Shown here: in pieces, positions 29,646 to 39,754 of the stretch
Layout: each line of letters opens with the position of its first letter
How positions within the stretch are numbered: position 1 is the first letter of the stretch
Origin: Escherichia coli
Lineage (GTDB): Bacteria; Pseudomonadota; Gammaproteobacteria; Enterobacterales; Enterobacteriaceae
Length of the DNA stretch: 64,000 nucleotides
Assembly: GCF_011045215.1 (NCBI RefSeq)
Contig: NZ_CP049202.1
Direction: 5' to 3' (one strand)
The notes under the pieces: model-generated
Seen by the model: the letters and a program-made list of their open reading frames with translations, nothing else
Databases searched by the model: none
What the model was told of the DNA's origin: nothing
Program-made: the position numbers and the translations under genes

Positions 29646-30098
29646 TTAATTACCCGTAGGGTTTTCTCTCAGTTTTTCTGCCAGTTTTAAAAAAGCATCA
29701 AATTCTTTCTGATCTGCACATATTTTACTGGCTGTAACCGACACGGTTATTCCTGATATGTTATTGGCAGAGTCTTTAACATCATTATTATGGACGGAGA
29801 CATTATCGGGACTGAAAATATAAACCTTTTCTCTGGGATAATCCCTGTCCACATCCTCCCGCCACTGAATCTGTTCTTTATCAAAACGGTGATACATTAT
29901 TGAGGAAAACCGGCACAGCCAGTCGTCAATGCATGACAGCTTATCCAGTAATTGTTGCGAATGACGGACCTCACTGGCAAGCTGCCGGCACTCCATAATG
30001 CACCGTGACACACCACCATTTGCATTCACAAGCGCTTTCATTTCCAGCAGAACACCCATATCAAGTATTCTGGAGCCATATTTTATATTATTACTCAT
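29646..30098 (-). CDS. hypothetical soluble protein (AT-rich cargo between traU and trbC)
   Basis: 150-aa ORF with no recognisable motif. Confidence 0.5.
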   Translation of the reverse strand: MSNNIKYGSRILDMGVLLEMKALVNANGGVSRCIMECRQLASEVRHSQQLLDKLSCIDDWLCRFSSIMYHRFDKEQIQWREDVDRDYPREKVYIFSPDNVSVHNNDVKDSANNISGITVSVTASKICADQKEFDAFLKLAEKLRENPTGN

Positions 30099-30441
30099 TA
30101 CATCCTCCTCTGTTTTTGTTTACACACTTACCTGGCATAAACGCATCAGAGCACAAATATTTAAAAAACACAGCAGCAAAAGCACACACAAATGCAGCTT
30201 TCAGATATAGCCGGACCAGAAACATTTTCCCTGACATATCTGACTGTTGCCATTCATAAATAACCTCACTGAGGACACTATCAGGAACAAAATAAAACAA
30301 TATTGCAGGTGCCATTACCAGATTAAAAGGAAACCATTTTAATGGTTCATTTATCAGCCGGATAAGCACACAACCTGTTCTTTTTAAATTATGTGTGTAT
30401 TTACTTTTTATCATCTCAATTTTCATAGATATTCCTCTCAT
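30091..30441 (-). CDS. hypothetical membrane protein (AT-rich cargo between traU and trbC)
   Basis: 116-aa ORF with hydrophobic segments. Confidence 0.45.
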   Translation of the reverse strand: MRGISMKIEMIKSKYTHNLKRTGCVLIRLINEPLKWFPFNLVMAPAILFYFVPDSVLSEVIYEWQQSDMSGKMFLVRLYLKAAFVCAFAAVFFKYLCSDAFMPGKCVNKNRGGCNE

Positions 30442-30454
30442 TTGTTAACTCGAT

Positions 30455-31447
30455 TTACAGGAAGACACAGTTACGTTTACGCCACATCAGGTAGCCGAAG
30501 TTTTTCTTTGTGTTGGGCGGATTTTTCCCGGTTTCCCAGCGGGTCACGCTGCGCCCGAACGGGTGGCACTGTCCGCTGTCCGGGTACATATTCACCATCT
30601 GGTAACGCCAGCGTTCTTTGGGCAGGATTGGGGACGGATATTCATTACAGACGGCGTTATTTTTCCCGATGGTTTCCATAATCATGCCCTGACGGTGCAG
30701 CTTGAACGCCATGCGTTCACTGACCAGCAGGGAGGACTGCAACGGACTGGACTCATTACTCACCCAGCCATTGAACGGGTACATGCTGCCCTGCGAGCCG
30801 GCACACCAGAACAGAACATCGAGAGGCATATTAAAGGCGCTGGCAATCGCATCTGCTGCACAGGCCCCCTGTGCTATCGGATTGGCAAAGATGACAGCTT
30901 CCGGATTGAGAATGGTGGTCAGGCTGCTGTCCGTCCAGGTGGGGTCAATTTCAGAAAGATAAGCGATATCCAGGTCACCACCTTCCAGACAGCCCAGCGA
31001 TGTGATGATGTTAAGCCAGTACGTCAGCGGGTATTTGTACCAGTGAACGTGATAGAACGCCCCGTTCACCTGCTTCTCATCCTTTTTCGCCGTTCCCTGT
31101 GCCGTTTTACCAAAAGCCGGCAGGCTGAAGCCCAGGTTCACCATGCATCCCGGTGACCGGGTGACGTCCGTCAGCGCCATCGGCTCCCAGTAACCAATGG
31201 CCAGCCCGATACGCCTGAACAGCGGCGGCGGTGCCGGACAAATCTGAATGGGCATCGACGGGTTCGCCGTGTCGGGGACCTTACCCTGACTGACTTTGAT
31301 ACTGCCCAGCGAGAGCGGGAAAATACAGCTCCAGCAGATATCCGTGATCGGGTTTACAAAACGCCCCTCACAGGCAGAATCCGCAGACGCCGCAGGGACA
31401 TGACCGGCGAGAAGGAATAACATCAGCAGCCACAGGCTTCGCTTCAT
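30455..31447 (-). CDS. traU: TraU pilus assembly / DNA transfer protein
   Basis: 330 aa, same length as F TraU, signal peptide. Confidence 0.9.
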   Translation of the reverse strand: MKRSLWLLMLFLLAGHVPAASADSACEGRFVNPITDICWSCIFPLSLGSIKVSQGKVPDTANPSMPIQICPAPPPLFRRIGLAIGYWEPMALTDVTRSPGCMVNLGFSLPAFGKTAQGTAKKDEKQVNGAFYHVHWYKYPLTYWLNIITSLGCLEGGDLDIAYLSEIDPTWTDSSLTTILNPEAVIFANPIAQGACAADAIASAFNMPLDVLFWCAGSQGSMYPFNGWVSNESSPLQSSLLVSERMAFKLHRQGMIMETIGKNNAVCNEYPSPILPKERWRYQMVNMYPDSGQCHPFGRSVTRWETGKNPPNTKKNFGYLMWRKRNCVFL

Positions 31448-32076
31448 TTTCTGCCCTCCTCTGCCGGAATAAATTCCACCTTCAGGAAGCGATCGCCGGG
31501 AACGGCGCTCACCCGTGCCGGGACCTGATCAATGCCGAGGCGCTGGCAGAGCACACCGTTCTGGTCAAAGTAAACACGGCTGTCCAGAGACTTCTGCATC
31601 TCCGGGATACTGCCCTGCACGAGGATAATTTTGCTCTCCAGTGTGGGCGGCGTCTGGCGTTTCATCCAGGCCACCTGCGCCGGATCATCGCCATTGATGA
31701 AATACAGCGTCTGGTTAAAAGGAACATACTGCAGCGGATTCATCACTTCACCCTGACGGGCAAACACCCGCCCTTCGTTATCCCGGATATCCGCAGCCAG
31801 TCTGACGGACGGGTCAAACAACCGGCTGCCGTATTTCTCCGTGCGTCCGATACCGGGCACGGCAGGGGGCCGCAGACTGTTGCGGATCACCCGCTCCTTA
31901 AAGGCATCCATTTTCCGGCCCATCTCACCGGACTGCTCCAGTGCCGTCAGGCGCTGCATGATCACCGTCAGCATGTCCGGCTCCTTTACCGGCCACAGAT
32001 CGCCCCAGGTACCAAGATCGGCGGCGGCCACACTCTGCCCCCATATCAGCAGGGCAATCAGCCCCCGGCATCTCAT
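31444..32076 (-). CDS. traW: TraW pilus assembly protein
   Basis: 210 aa from internal ATG at 32076, overlapping the trbI stop. Confidence 0.8.
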   Translation of the reverse strand: MRCRGLIALLIWGQSVAAADLGTWGDLWPVKEPDMLTVIMQRLTALEQSGEMGRKMDAFKERVIRNSLRPPAVPGIGRTEKYGSRLFDPSVRLAADIRDNEGRVFARQGEVMNPLQYVPFNQTLYFINGDDPAQVAWMKRQTPPTLESKIILVQGSIPEMQKSLDSRVYFDQNGVLCQRLGIDQVPARVSAVPGDRFLKVEFIPAEEGRK

Positions 32077-32453
32077 GGTTCCGCCCTCATTCGCCGGGCA
32101 ATATCCTGCTGGATTTCCCGGGTGATATCCGGTGCCCCCTGTACCACAGCAGGCGACACCAGAATGACCGCGTGGTGTTTCTGCTGCCACGCCTGCAGGC
32201 TGGCTTCCAGTGCCGTGTTAAAACGCGCTGAAAGGGCTTTTGACTGCGCTTCTGACAGTTGTTTCTGACTGGCGCTGTCAAAAAACGCATCCACGGTCTG
32301 TTTCATGTTGAAGGCGACAGTCACCGGTGCGTTCAGTCTGACAATGCCGTAACTGACGACCGTATTTATTGCCAGTATCCCTGCCAGCGCCAGCCACCAC
32401 GAATGTCGTGATACCTTCTTTCTTCGGTCTTTTAATTTCACATCAGTACTCAT
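32073..32453 (-). CDS. trbI: TrbI inner-membrane protein
   Basis: 126 aa with one TM helix, downstream of traC region. Confidence 0.7.
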   Translation of the reverse strand: MSTDVKLKDRRKKVSRHSWWLALAGILAINTVVSYGIVRLNAPVTVAFNMKQTVDAFFDSASQKQLSEAQSKALSARFNTALEASLQAWQQKHHAVILVSPAVVQGAPDITREIQQDIARRMRAEP

Positions 32454-32536
32454 AATAATGCCCCTGTTTTCTCTGTTTCCTCTTTGCGGTAATATGCTTC
32501 CCTGATTTTCAGGTAAGTTAAAAAGGTGCGTTTTAT

Positions 32537-33644
32537 ATGACGAAAAAAATCCTCTTATTTTCCCTGATTTTTATTTTTAGTATCACCGGCACTTTTTCTC
32601 TTATGATAAACGGCAAACAGAAAAAAAGTGCAGATAAAATCATTCCCGCAATCAACGCTAAATATAATAATAAATGGCTTACACACAGATTAATAAAAAT
32701 GGACTATGATAATGGAACGGCTTTATCTGTTATTCAGAAAGCATGGAATAACACCGAATACTTCATCCTCTCAGCCAGAAAAAAAATGCCAGTCAGCCAC
32801 AACCACTCTTAATTTTCTTTACTGCACAAATGATTTGCTTGGCGAAATGTTTCCTTATAAGGAATCCAATATGGTCAGCCCGGCATATGCCAGTCAGTTC
32901 TCTGATTGCGATCTGAATGTCTATCTTCTCATTGACGCAGCAAAAGAATCTGGCAGGCAGATTGAGATCATATTCGCCCCCTTCCACGCTTTTATTTCAT
33001 ATATTGATGATAATAATGCAAGAGCATACTGGGAAACAACCGCCAACCATAATAAAGGTTCTGTTGCGGATTTAAATGATAATCACTGGTATCAAAAAAC
33101 ATTCAATAAATTCTATTATGTTCCTCGTAGTGAAAATTACATAGAATCACTCTACTCTGTACTGATTGCAAATAGTGTAGACTCATCACATAAAAAAGAA
33201 ATATACAACAATCTTAAGCCGGAAATAAAAAAGACACCATTAGCCTATGATCTGTACTACAGCATGAAAAATGAAATCTCGTCTCAGGATGCCGAACAGA
33301 TTAATCTTTTGTTAAGAGAAGACATTACCTCATCATATAAACAACTTCTTCTTACCGGATACTTCATTAAAAACAACAATACAGAAGCAGCCCAAAAAAT
33401 CATTGACAACATACGAGCAAAAAACTGTAAATCAGACTGCATTAGGTTTAAGAAAAAAGTGTACTGGTACTTTTTTCCATCATATCTGATCTCTCAATAT
33501 GCATCGGAATTTGGCGTCACACTATCCCTTGAAGATATATATTATTATTACGCATTCAATATTATCATTATTCTGTTTAGTTCCCTTTTATTTTTGCCTA
33601 AAAGCAGAGATAAGAACAAGAAAAGGCGTGAGAACAATAAATAA
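32537..33644 (+). pseudogene. secreted Y/N/K-rich protein gene, antisense to tra, apparently frameshifted at an A8 tract
   Basis: 91-aa ORF with signal peptide continues as a 312-aa ORF in another frame; both frames read KK across the A8 run at 32779..32786. Confidence 0.45.
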
Positions 33645-34004
33645 CAGAGCAGGCACACCCCCATCCATAAGGAAACTCAGGGGGAGACTGCAGGTTACAG
33701 GCACCATGATATAGCATCCCATCACGATCAAAGGGCGATGACGACACAGTTCTGTATATTCATATAACCCGGTTCTGCCATATAAATCCCTGACAAGCAA
33801 AGACGGAGCAATCATAAACAAAACGCTTACAATGGCATAAATCATCAGCACATATTTTGTTTCTCTCAGAAATGGTTCCGGTGTATTTATTTCTGATTCA
33901 ACAAAACGCTCATACCAGTACAGAAACAGGTCGCCACAGGCCACACTGTTAAGGATAAAAAATAAGACAATATCAGATACCTTCTTTATATGACAAAATT
34001 TCAT
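33588..34004 (-). CDS. hypothetical polytopic membrane protein between traC and trbI
   Basis: about 138 aa from internal start; convergent 3' overlap with the plus-strand ORF. Confidence 0.4.
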   Translation of the reverse strand: MKFCHIKKVSDIVLFFILNSVACGDLFLYWYERFVESEINTPEPFLRETKYVLMIYAIVSVLFMIAPSLLVRDLYGRTGLYEYTELCRHRPLIVMGCYIMVPVTCSLPLSFLMDGGVPALLFIVLTPFLVLISAFRQK

Positions 34005-34026
34005 ATATACCCCTTGTGACCAACCC

Positions 34027-36672
34027 TTAACCCCAGTTTCCTGACATTCGTTCGCCGGACATTTCATGCTCTTTTAACCAGGCTTCCAGCGAAGCCATCT
34101 CCGGCCCTGACTTCTTCCACGCCAGCTGCCACACCGCCTCATGAATACTCAGGCCCTCTTTACGCTTCTGCTGCACAAACTCAAAATCCGGGCCGTCGGA
34201 GCTGTACATGGCACGGCTTAACGGGTCCACAAACAGACGGTGCCAGGAGGAATGGTTTTCCACCTGCAGCAGGAAGGAACTGAACCACTGGTCTTTAGCC
34301 GCACCAAACTTGCCAATCATGTCCCGCTGCAGTGGCAGGAACTGGTCCGGGAATAACTGGTTATATTTCGCGAACTCCTTCGCACTCTGTTTGAGGATAA
34401 TTTTGTAGGAGGAGTTACCCCATGCCGCACGGGCCGCACTGGAGGCCTTGTCAGAGTCAAAGTCGACGATGTTCTGTGTGATGGTGATATAGGCACCGGT
34501 ATGACGGCGACAGGTGCGGTAACCTTTTTGAATAAACTCACCGACTTTACGATTTTTGAAGTCCAGCAGACGCCAGCCTTCATCAATGACGTTCAGTTTT
34601 TTGAGAGTACGCGGCGTGCGGTACATCCTGTTCTCGATGTAGATAATCAGGGAGAACATCACCGCAACCAGCAGGGACGGACGGTCTTCCAGTCCACCCA
34701 GCTCCAGCACCACCATTCTGGCATCATCCCGCAGGGACGGTTCATCAGAGTTAAAATACCGGCCGTAAGTGCCGCCAGCGGTATATTGATCCAGAAGGAC
34801 AATCATTTCATCCAGACGGCTGCGGATGGTCGGAGACTCGACATACTGGTCGTTATCACGGGCGTTTTTCAGGAAATCCACCACATCATCGATGCGCGCC
34901 TTATTCTTTTTAGCCAGCCAGGAGGCCCTGACCGCCTGCAGCAGCAGACCTTCATGTACTTCATCCAGGTTACCGTTGGGGCTGGCCATCACCGACAACT
35001 GGTCACGGACACGCTCCGCTGACTGGTCAATATCAGTGATGTTCGCAAACGGGTTAAAACGCAGGGTTTCACCGTCCAGATATACGCCCCCCATGTTCTC
35101 ACACAGGGACTTGTAGCCATCCCCCATGTCGAACACCACGGCAAAGCCCCCGGAGTCCAGCACGCTGCGGATAAGTGGCTGTATCAGTCCGGTTTTACCG
35201 GCCCCGGAGGTGCCACAGACCGCCATGTTGTAGTTGGTGTTATTCATCCCCTTAAAGAAGATATCGATAAACGCCAGCTGGTTACGGTAGGTGGGCGCCA
35301 GCAGACCTGCCGGTGTCAGGGGATTATCCGCCACTAACGGCATCAGGTTGGCCACATTAAAACTCTCTGCCCGCTGTACCACTCCGGCCTCTTTCAGCTG
35401 TTTAAACAGCCCTTTCCCGGCCATAAAGGGCAGGCAGGTCAGGAAATTGCGCATGTGGTTAAAGCGCGGTGAAATCAGCTCAAAACCGTTTTTACGAAAG
35501 CTGTTCAGGATGTCCTGCTCCACTTCCAGTGCCGTTTCATTATTGTCCCTGCAGAAGGCTGTGATGTTGAGGAAGTAGGACACGACAGAAGACTGGCCGG
35601 AGCCCAGCCGCTGGCGCAGTTCCCCCCACTCCTTCGCCTCCTTTTCAACTGACGGAAACCATTTGGCATAGGAGGTCTTCGACTTTTTCTCCAGGTCCAT
35701 GTACTTCAGGTTGGCTTCGCTGTGGGTTTTCACCTGGTCTTCCACCACCAGAGTCAACGTCAGGATGAACGGGCAGGAAATGGACATTTCCGGGTTCAGC
35801 AGATTGCTGTAGTTGTCGGCCATGTTCCACAGGAAGGCGATTTCCGGGTTACGGGCCAGATGGAAATTCAGGATGCGGGCCGTGCTGTTCCTGCCGTTCT
35901 CACGCAGGCCCAGCGTCAGGTAATCAGCCCGGACTTTCAGGTCAAAACTGTCCTCCACACACTGATAATTCAGATCAGAATACGGATCCAGCTGACGTCT
36001 TTTCGGGTACAGAGAGTCCGGATTATGGTTAATCATCTCCCCGACAATCTCGATGAAAGCCTGTGCATCCACTGTCTGTGTGGTGATTTTTGCGCCGTGA
36101 AAAGAGGCACGGATGATTTTCACCAGATTTTCCATTTCCAGAATGTCAGCCCGGCTTTTTTTCTTCGAGGGAGAACAGTACGAGATAAACACCCGGTAAT
36201 GGCGCAGGGTCAGGGGCAGATTCATCCCCTCCGGCAGCGGGAACTGTGTCGCTGCCGCTTTCATATAATAGGCACGGGTAATGGCGTTAAACCGTTCAGC
36301 CTGTTCACCTGACCAGGAGAACTCACGCAGCCCGTATTCAATCCTGTCACCAACCAGCTGACTGGACATCAGATGGATACACAACGGAATACCGCGCGGC
36401 AGTTTGGTGCGCAGCATATGATCGAGAGCCTCCACAATGGACTCATTCGCACCATTGATGGGAATGGCTTCCAGCATAAAGCCCATCGTGGTGTCATTCA
36501 TGAACAGGCCGGACTCCTGGTTGTAATCACGGTACGGCAGCAGACGGCTGAACTGCGGGAAGCTCATCTCACCGAGGATCTGATTAGCCTGAGAGGATTC
36601 ATCCGGTAATTTAAGCGCAGTCAGCAGTGAATTAACCGCCTGAGTGACGGTCTCAAGTGGGTTTTTACTCAT
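34027..36672 (-). CDS. traC: TraC VirB4-like ATPase
   Basis: 881 aa; Walker A GTSGAGKT. Confidence 0.95.
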   Translation of the reverse strand: MSKNPLETVTQAVNSLLTALKLPDESSQANQILGEMSFPQFSRLLPYRDYNQESGLFMNDTTMGFMLEAIPINGANESIVEALDHMLRTKLPRGIPLCIHLMSSQLVGDRIEYGLREFSWSGEQAERFNAITRAYYMKAAATQFPLPEGMNLPLTLRHYRVFISYCSPSKKKSRADILEMENLVKIIRASFHGAKITTQTVDAQAFIEIVGEMINHNPDSLYPKRRQLDPYSDLNYQCVEDSFDLKVRADYLTLGLRENGRNSTARILNFHLARNPEIAFLWNMADNYSNLLNPEMSISCPFILTLTLVVEDQVKTHSEANLKYMDLEKKSKTSYAKWFPSVEKEAKEWGELRQRLGSGQSSVVSYFLNITAFCRDNNETALEVEQDILNSFRKNGFELISPRFNHMRNFLTCLPFMAGKGLFKQLKEAGVVQRAESFNVANLMPLVADNPLTPAGLLAPTYRNQLAFIDIFFKGMNNTNYNMAVCGTSGAGKTGLIQPLIRSVLDSGGFAVVFDMGDGYKSLCENMGGVYLDGETLRFNPFANITDIDQSAERVRDQLSVMASPNGNLDEVHEGLLLQAVRASWLAKKNKARIDDVVDFLKNARDNDQYVESPTIRSRLDEMIVLLDQYTAGGTYGRYFNSDEPSLRDDARMVVLELGGLEDRPSLLVAVMFSLIIYIENRMYRTPRTLKKLNVIDEGWRLLDFKNRKVGEFIQKGYRTCRRHTGAYITITQNIVDFDSDKASSAARAAWGNSSYKIILKQSAKEFAKYNQLFPDQFLPLQRDMIGKFGAAKDQWFSSFLLQVENHSSWHRLFVDPLSRAMYSSDGPDFEFVQQKRKEGLSIHEAVWQLAWKKSGPEMASLEAWLKEHEMSGERMSGNWG

Positions 36673-36798
36673 ATGAGTATTCCTTAGTGCGTTTAAAAAA
36701 GGAAAATATCAGTCTGTGGGCCGTGGATATATCACGCAGTGCCATTCTTAAAACCACAGCACAAATAAGAGATGGAGGCTTTTAACAGGAAAACAGGA

Positions 36799-37161
36799 TT
36801 AACGTTCCTTTACTGAATGAGCATCATTTAATGCCTGAAGTTGTTTTTCGCGTATCTTATTGCGCTCGTTTTCTCTTACCCGTTTCACCTCTGCCATTTC
36901 GTTTCTTTCTCTACACGCTGATGCAAGCTCTTTTGCCTTACCAAGACTTAAAGGTTCAGGCTGATAATCAGATGTGTCAGACTTAATAGCTTCCTTAAAT
37001 GCTTCTGCTGCACAGGGGGTATCCTGTGTAATCTCTGTCAGTTGTTCTGGTGTTGCAGGTTGTTGCTCAAGGTAATCATTGTAAAAAAGACCACATATCA
37101 ACATAGCCATAACACCAACAAATATAAAAGCCAGAACAGATTTTAAATATATCGACTTCAT
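36799..37161 (-). CDS. hypothetical single-TM protein (traR-traC gap)
   Basis: 120-aa ORF, hydrophobic N-terminus, charged C-terminus. Confidence 0.45.
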   Translation of the reverse strand: MKSIYLKSVLAFIFVGVMAMLICGLFYNDYLEQQPATPEQLTEITQDTPCAAEAFKEAIKSDTSDYQPEPLSLGKAKELASACRERNEMAEVKRVRENERNKIREKQLQALNDAHSVKER

Positions 37162-37406
37162 TTCATTTTAGCCTTATATAATTCCCATTGTCGGATATAC
37201 TCCTCATACTGAGCCACTGGCACATTAACGATGACTCCGGCACACTCCAGTTTATTAACCGGTTCAGTAAATGCGCCTGTCGGTATATTCACTTCCAGAA
37301 ATTTACAGTCATTTTTCCAGTATCTCCCGACATCCAGTTCATCCATCGTGAATGACTGACTGGCGAACACAACAAGCGTAATAAAAGAAAAACATCCAGT
37401 AAGCAC
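37158..37406 (-). CDS. hypothetical small protein (traR-traC gap)
   Basis: 82-aa ORF with N-terminal hydrophobic segment. Confidence 0.4.
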   Translation of the reverse strand: MLTGCFSFITLVVFASQSFTMDELDVGRYWKNDCKFLEVNIPTGAFTEPVNKLECAGVIVNVPVAQYEEYIRQWELYKAKMK

Positions 37407-37558
37407 ACTACAAACTAATATTTTTCATCTGCTGATCTGCAGACTGAATTTTTCAGGGATAACAAACATAGCCAGTAAGTTAACAACACAGATAACCACA
37501 AGAAAGAGACACAGGAATATAAACCAGTCGATATTATTTCCTTCGAAGTAGTAAGCTC

Positions 37559-37777
37559 TCATTGCCCACCACCATTCAGTGTTTCCATCACATTGTTCAA
37601 AGGTTCATTTGTTTTAACTTCAATACACTCCCCTGTATTTCCAAAGCCCCTGCCTCCATGCGCTTCGATTGTCCGAAGAACCTGCACGCATACGTCCGTA
37701 TTTGGCATGGGAGTAACATTCCAGCTTCCGCCACCGTTAATATTTTTTATCAGCACAAGAAAAATAAAGGTATGCAT
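37559..37777 (-). CDS. hypothetical small secreted protein (traR-traC gap)
   Basis: 72-aa ORF with signal-peptide-like start. Confidence 0.35.
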   Translation of the reverse strand: MHTFIFLVLIKNINGGGSWNVTPMPNTDVCVQVLRTIEAHGGRGFGNTGECIEVKTNEPLNNVMETLNGGGQ

Positions 37778-37855
37778 TCTTTATTACCTCCAGTTAAATA
37801 TTAATCACTGAATATTCATTCAGTTAACTATGAGGTCAGAAACACCGCAGATTTT

Positions 37856-38329
37856 TCATTCGGATTTACTCTCTTCAGAAAACTGCCGGATGGTATCCTG
37901 TTCACGCTGACGAGTGGCAGACTCCTGCATTGCATCCACTTTCTCCTGCCAGAGACGCCGGATATCCTTTTCATCCCGACCAGTCAGTTTTTTACCGGAC
38001 AGCAGACGGTTAAGCAGTTCCTGTCTCGCATCCGGTATGTCTTCAGTCAGACGCATAAGCTGAAGCAGGCTCTGACGGCTGAGGACCATGAGTGATTCTG
38101 GCAGGAGGGTGAAGAAGCAAATAAAACAGCATACCGCACCACTGCAGGCAAGGACCGCAAACAGGATTTTCAGATATATACCATCAACGCCGAACGCAGC
38201 AATAACACAGGGAATCCATGCAATACACGCACAAAACGCCAGGATGTTATATATTCGGTTATGTCTGCGATATATCTGTTGATGTTCATCCAGAATAAAA
38301 TCGATTTTTTCAGCTTCTGATTTATGCAT
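37856..38329 (-). CDS. hypothetical membrane protein (traR-traC gap)
   Basis: about 157 aa from internal start MHKSEAEK...; two hydrophobic helices. Confidence 0.45.
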   Translation of the reverse strand: MHKSEAEKIDFILDEHQQIYRRHNRIYNILAFCACIAWIPCVIAAFGVDGIYLKILFAVLACSGAVCCFICFFTLLPESLMVLSRQSLLQLMRLTEDIPDARQELLNRLLSGKKLTGRDEKDIRRLWQEKVDAMQESATRQREQDTIRQFSEESKSE

Positions 38330-38543
38330 AGTGTTTCCTCTGCCTTTCCTGATACGCCTGACATTCAACACATAACGTCACACCGGGAAATATTTTCCGC
38401 CGGGCTTCCGGAACAGGATTTCCGCATGCTTCACAGAGATAAACAGGAATACCATGAACATTTATTTTCTGGCGTATCCGGTTTATTCCTGTCATGGTCA
38501 GTTGTTCTGTCACTGAATATGCTTCATCGGCTTCATCACTCAC
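38322..38543 (-). CDS. traR: TraR DksA-like zinc-finger protein
   Basis: 73 aa with C4 zinc finger (CEACGNPVPEARRKIFPGVTLCVEC). Confidence 0.85.
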   Translation of the reverse strand: MSDEADEAYSVTEQLTMTGINRIRQKINVHGIPVYLCEACGNPVPEARRKIFPGVTLCVECQAYQERQRKHYA

Positions 38544-38677
38544 GGAATATTCCTCCCGACATGTTCTGACACGCTACCGCCCATCCCTTTTCACGCACAG
38601 GGCACTCGTTTTACAGGCAGATTTTGAATACAGAAAGCCCGCCGGCATTGCCGGCTGATATACAACTTCAGGGCCAG

Positions 38678-39193
38678 TTAATTAATACGTGGTTTTCCCC
38701 ACGCAGACGGTTTAATAACAAAAAACACACTGGATGGCTGATGATAAACATCCTGATTATCAATATAAGGCGCTATCCATAATGCTGCCGTCTGCTCACC
38801 CGTTCTTAGCGGACGGGGAGGCGTTACCGGCACAACTGAACTGACCGGAACAACCGTTTTCACTTCCCGGGCAGCGGTAAACAGCGGGCGTGGCGCCAGC
38901 AGTTTCTGCTCCGGAAGTGCCGTCACCGCAGGTCTGCTGCCGGACGGAGTGGTCGCGGTGACGGTCTGCACCGGCATTGTCCGGAAGTTCCCTTCAGCCA
39001 GGCGCGGCAGTGATGCCGCAACCGGCTTTGCTTCTGAGGACTGCTCCAGTTTTTTGGCCTTATCATTGGCCTGCTCCATCGTCATACAGGTATCGGATGT
39101 GGTGGCGTTACACTCAAATTCCGTACTGGTTCCGGCACAGCCGGAAAGTAATAAGGTCCCCAGCAGAGGAATAAATAAAGAAATCTGTTTCAT
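38678..39193 (-). CDS. traV: TraV outer-membrane lipoprotein
   Basis: 171 aa; lipobox LLSGC. Confidence 0.85.
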   Translation of the reverse strand: MKQISLFIPLLGTLLLSGCAGTSTEFECNATTSDTCMTMEQANDKAKKLEQSSEAKPVAASLPRLAEGNFRTMPVQTVTATTPSGSRPAVTALPEQKLLAPRPLFTAAREVKTVVPVSSVVPVTPPRPLRTGEQTAALWIAPYIDNQDVYHQPSSVFFVIKPSAWGKPRIN

Positions 39194-39441
39194 TGTCCCT
39201 CACCTTTCTCATCGCAGTTCACAAAATCATTCTTCAAATCCCTGACCGTACAGGTTTTTACAATGTCAGGATTTTCAAAAACCGTACTCCGTGATGATTT
39301 ATAAACATATGCCACAATGCGTTTCCCACCCGCATCAGGTTCTGGTGCACTGACTTCACATAACGGAGGTGTTATTCCGGACTCATACAGCACCGGATAA
39401 TTTATTTTTTTGACGCTGCCATCAGAAACCAGCTTATTCAT
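39190..39441 (-). CDS. trbG: TrbG-like protein
   Basis: 83 aa, same size and position as F trbG. Confidence 0.5.
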   Translation of the reverse strand: MNKLVSDGSVKKINYPVLYESGITPPLCEVSAPEPDAGGKRIVAYVYKSSRSTVFENPDIVKTCTVRDLKNDFVNCDEKGEGQ

Positions 39442-39754
39442 CGAAGGGGTCCTTATATTTCTGAATAATTCTGTCGATTAGTTCTTTCACCGGAACAGAT
39501 TTTCCGCCACCGGATTGTCCGGCAACCACAATATGCCCCGGAGAAGAAAATAAACTCATCGACATACCCTTCTTCATCACACCGACAGCAGCCATATTAA
39601 AATTGTCCGGCAATGACTCAGAACCGAATTTCTCCGGTGCAGGAAGGACGATTCTTGTGGCGCAGTTACTGAGAACAGCATGAATAAAATCATCTGACAC
39701 GGTTTTACCCGGCACAGAGAGGGCTGTAATAACATTAATATTACGCATGTTCAT
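39434..39754 (-). CDS. ORF at the trbD position with a C-terminal Walker-A-like motif
   Basis: about 106 aa from internal start; GQSGGGKS motif near the C-terminus. Confidence 0.4.
   Translation of the reverse strand: MNMRNINVITALSVPGKTVSDDFIHAVLSNCATRIVLPAPEKFGSESLPDNFNMAAVGVMKKGMSMSLFSSPGHIVVAGQSGGGKSVPVKELIDRIIQKYKDPFDE

Noticed and set aside
31444-32190. N-terminal 38-codon extension of the traW ORF overlapping trbI
   Set aside because: An internal ATG at 32076 gives the expected 210-aa TraW with a start/stop overlap to trbI; the extension is an artefact of an open frame.
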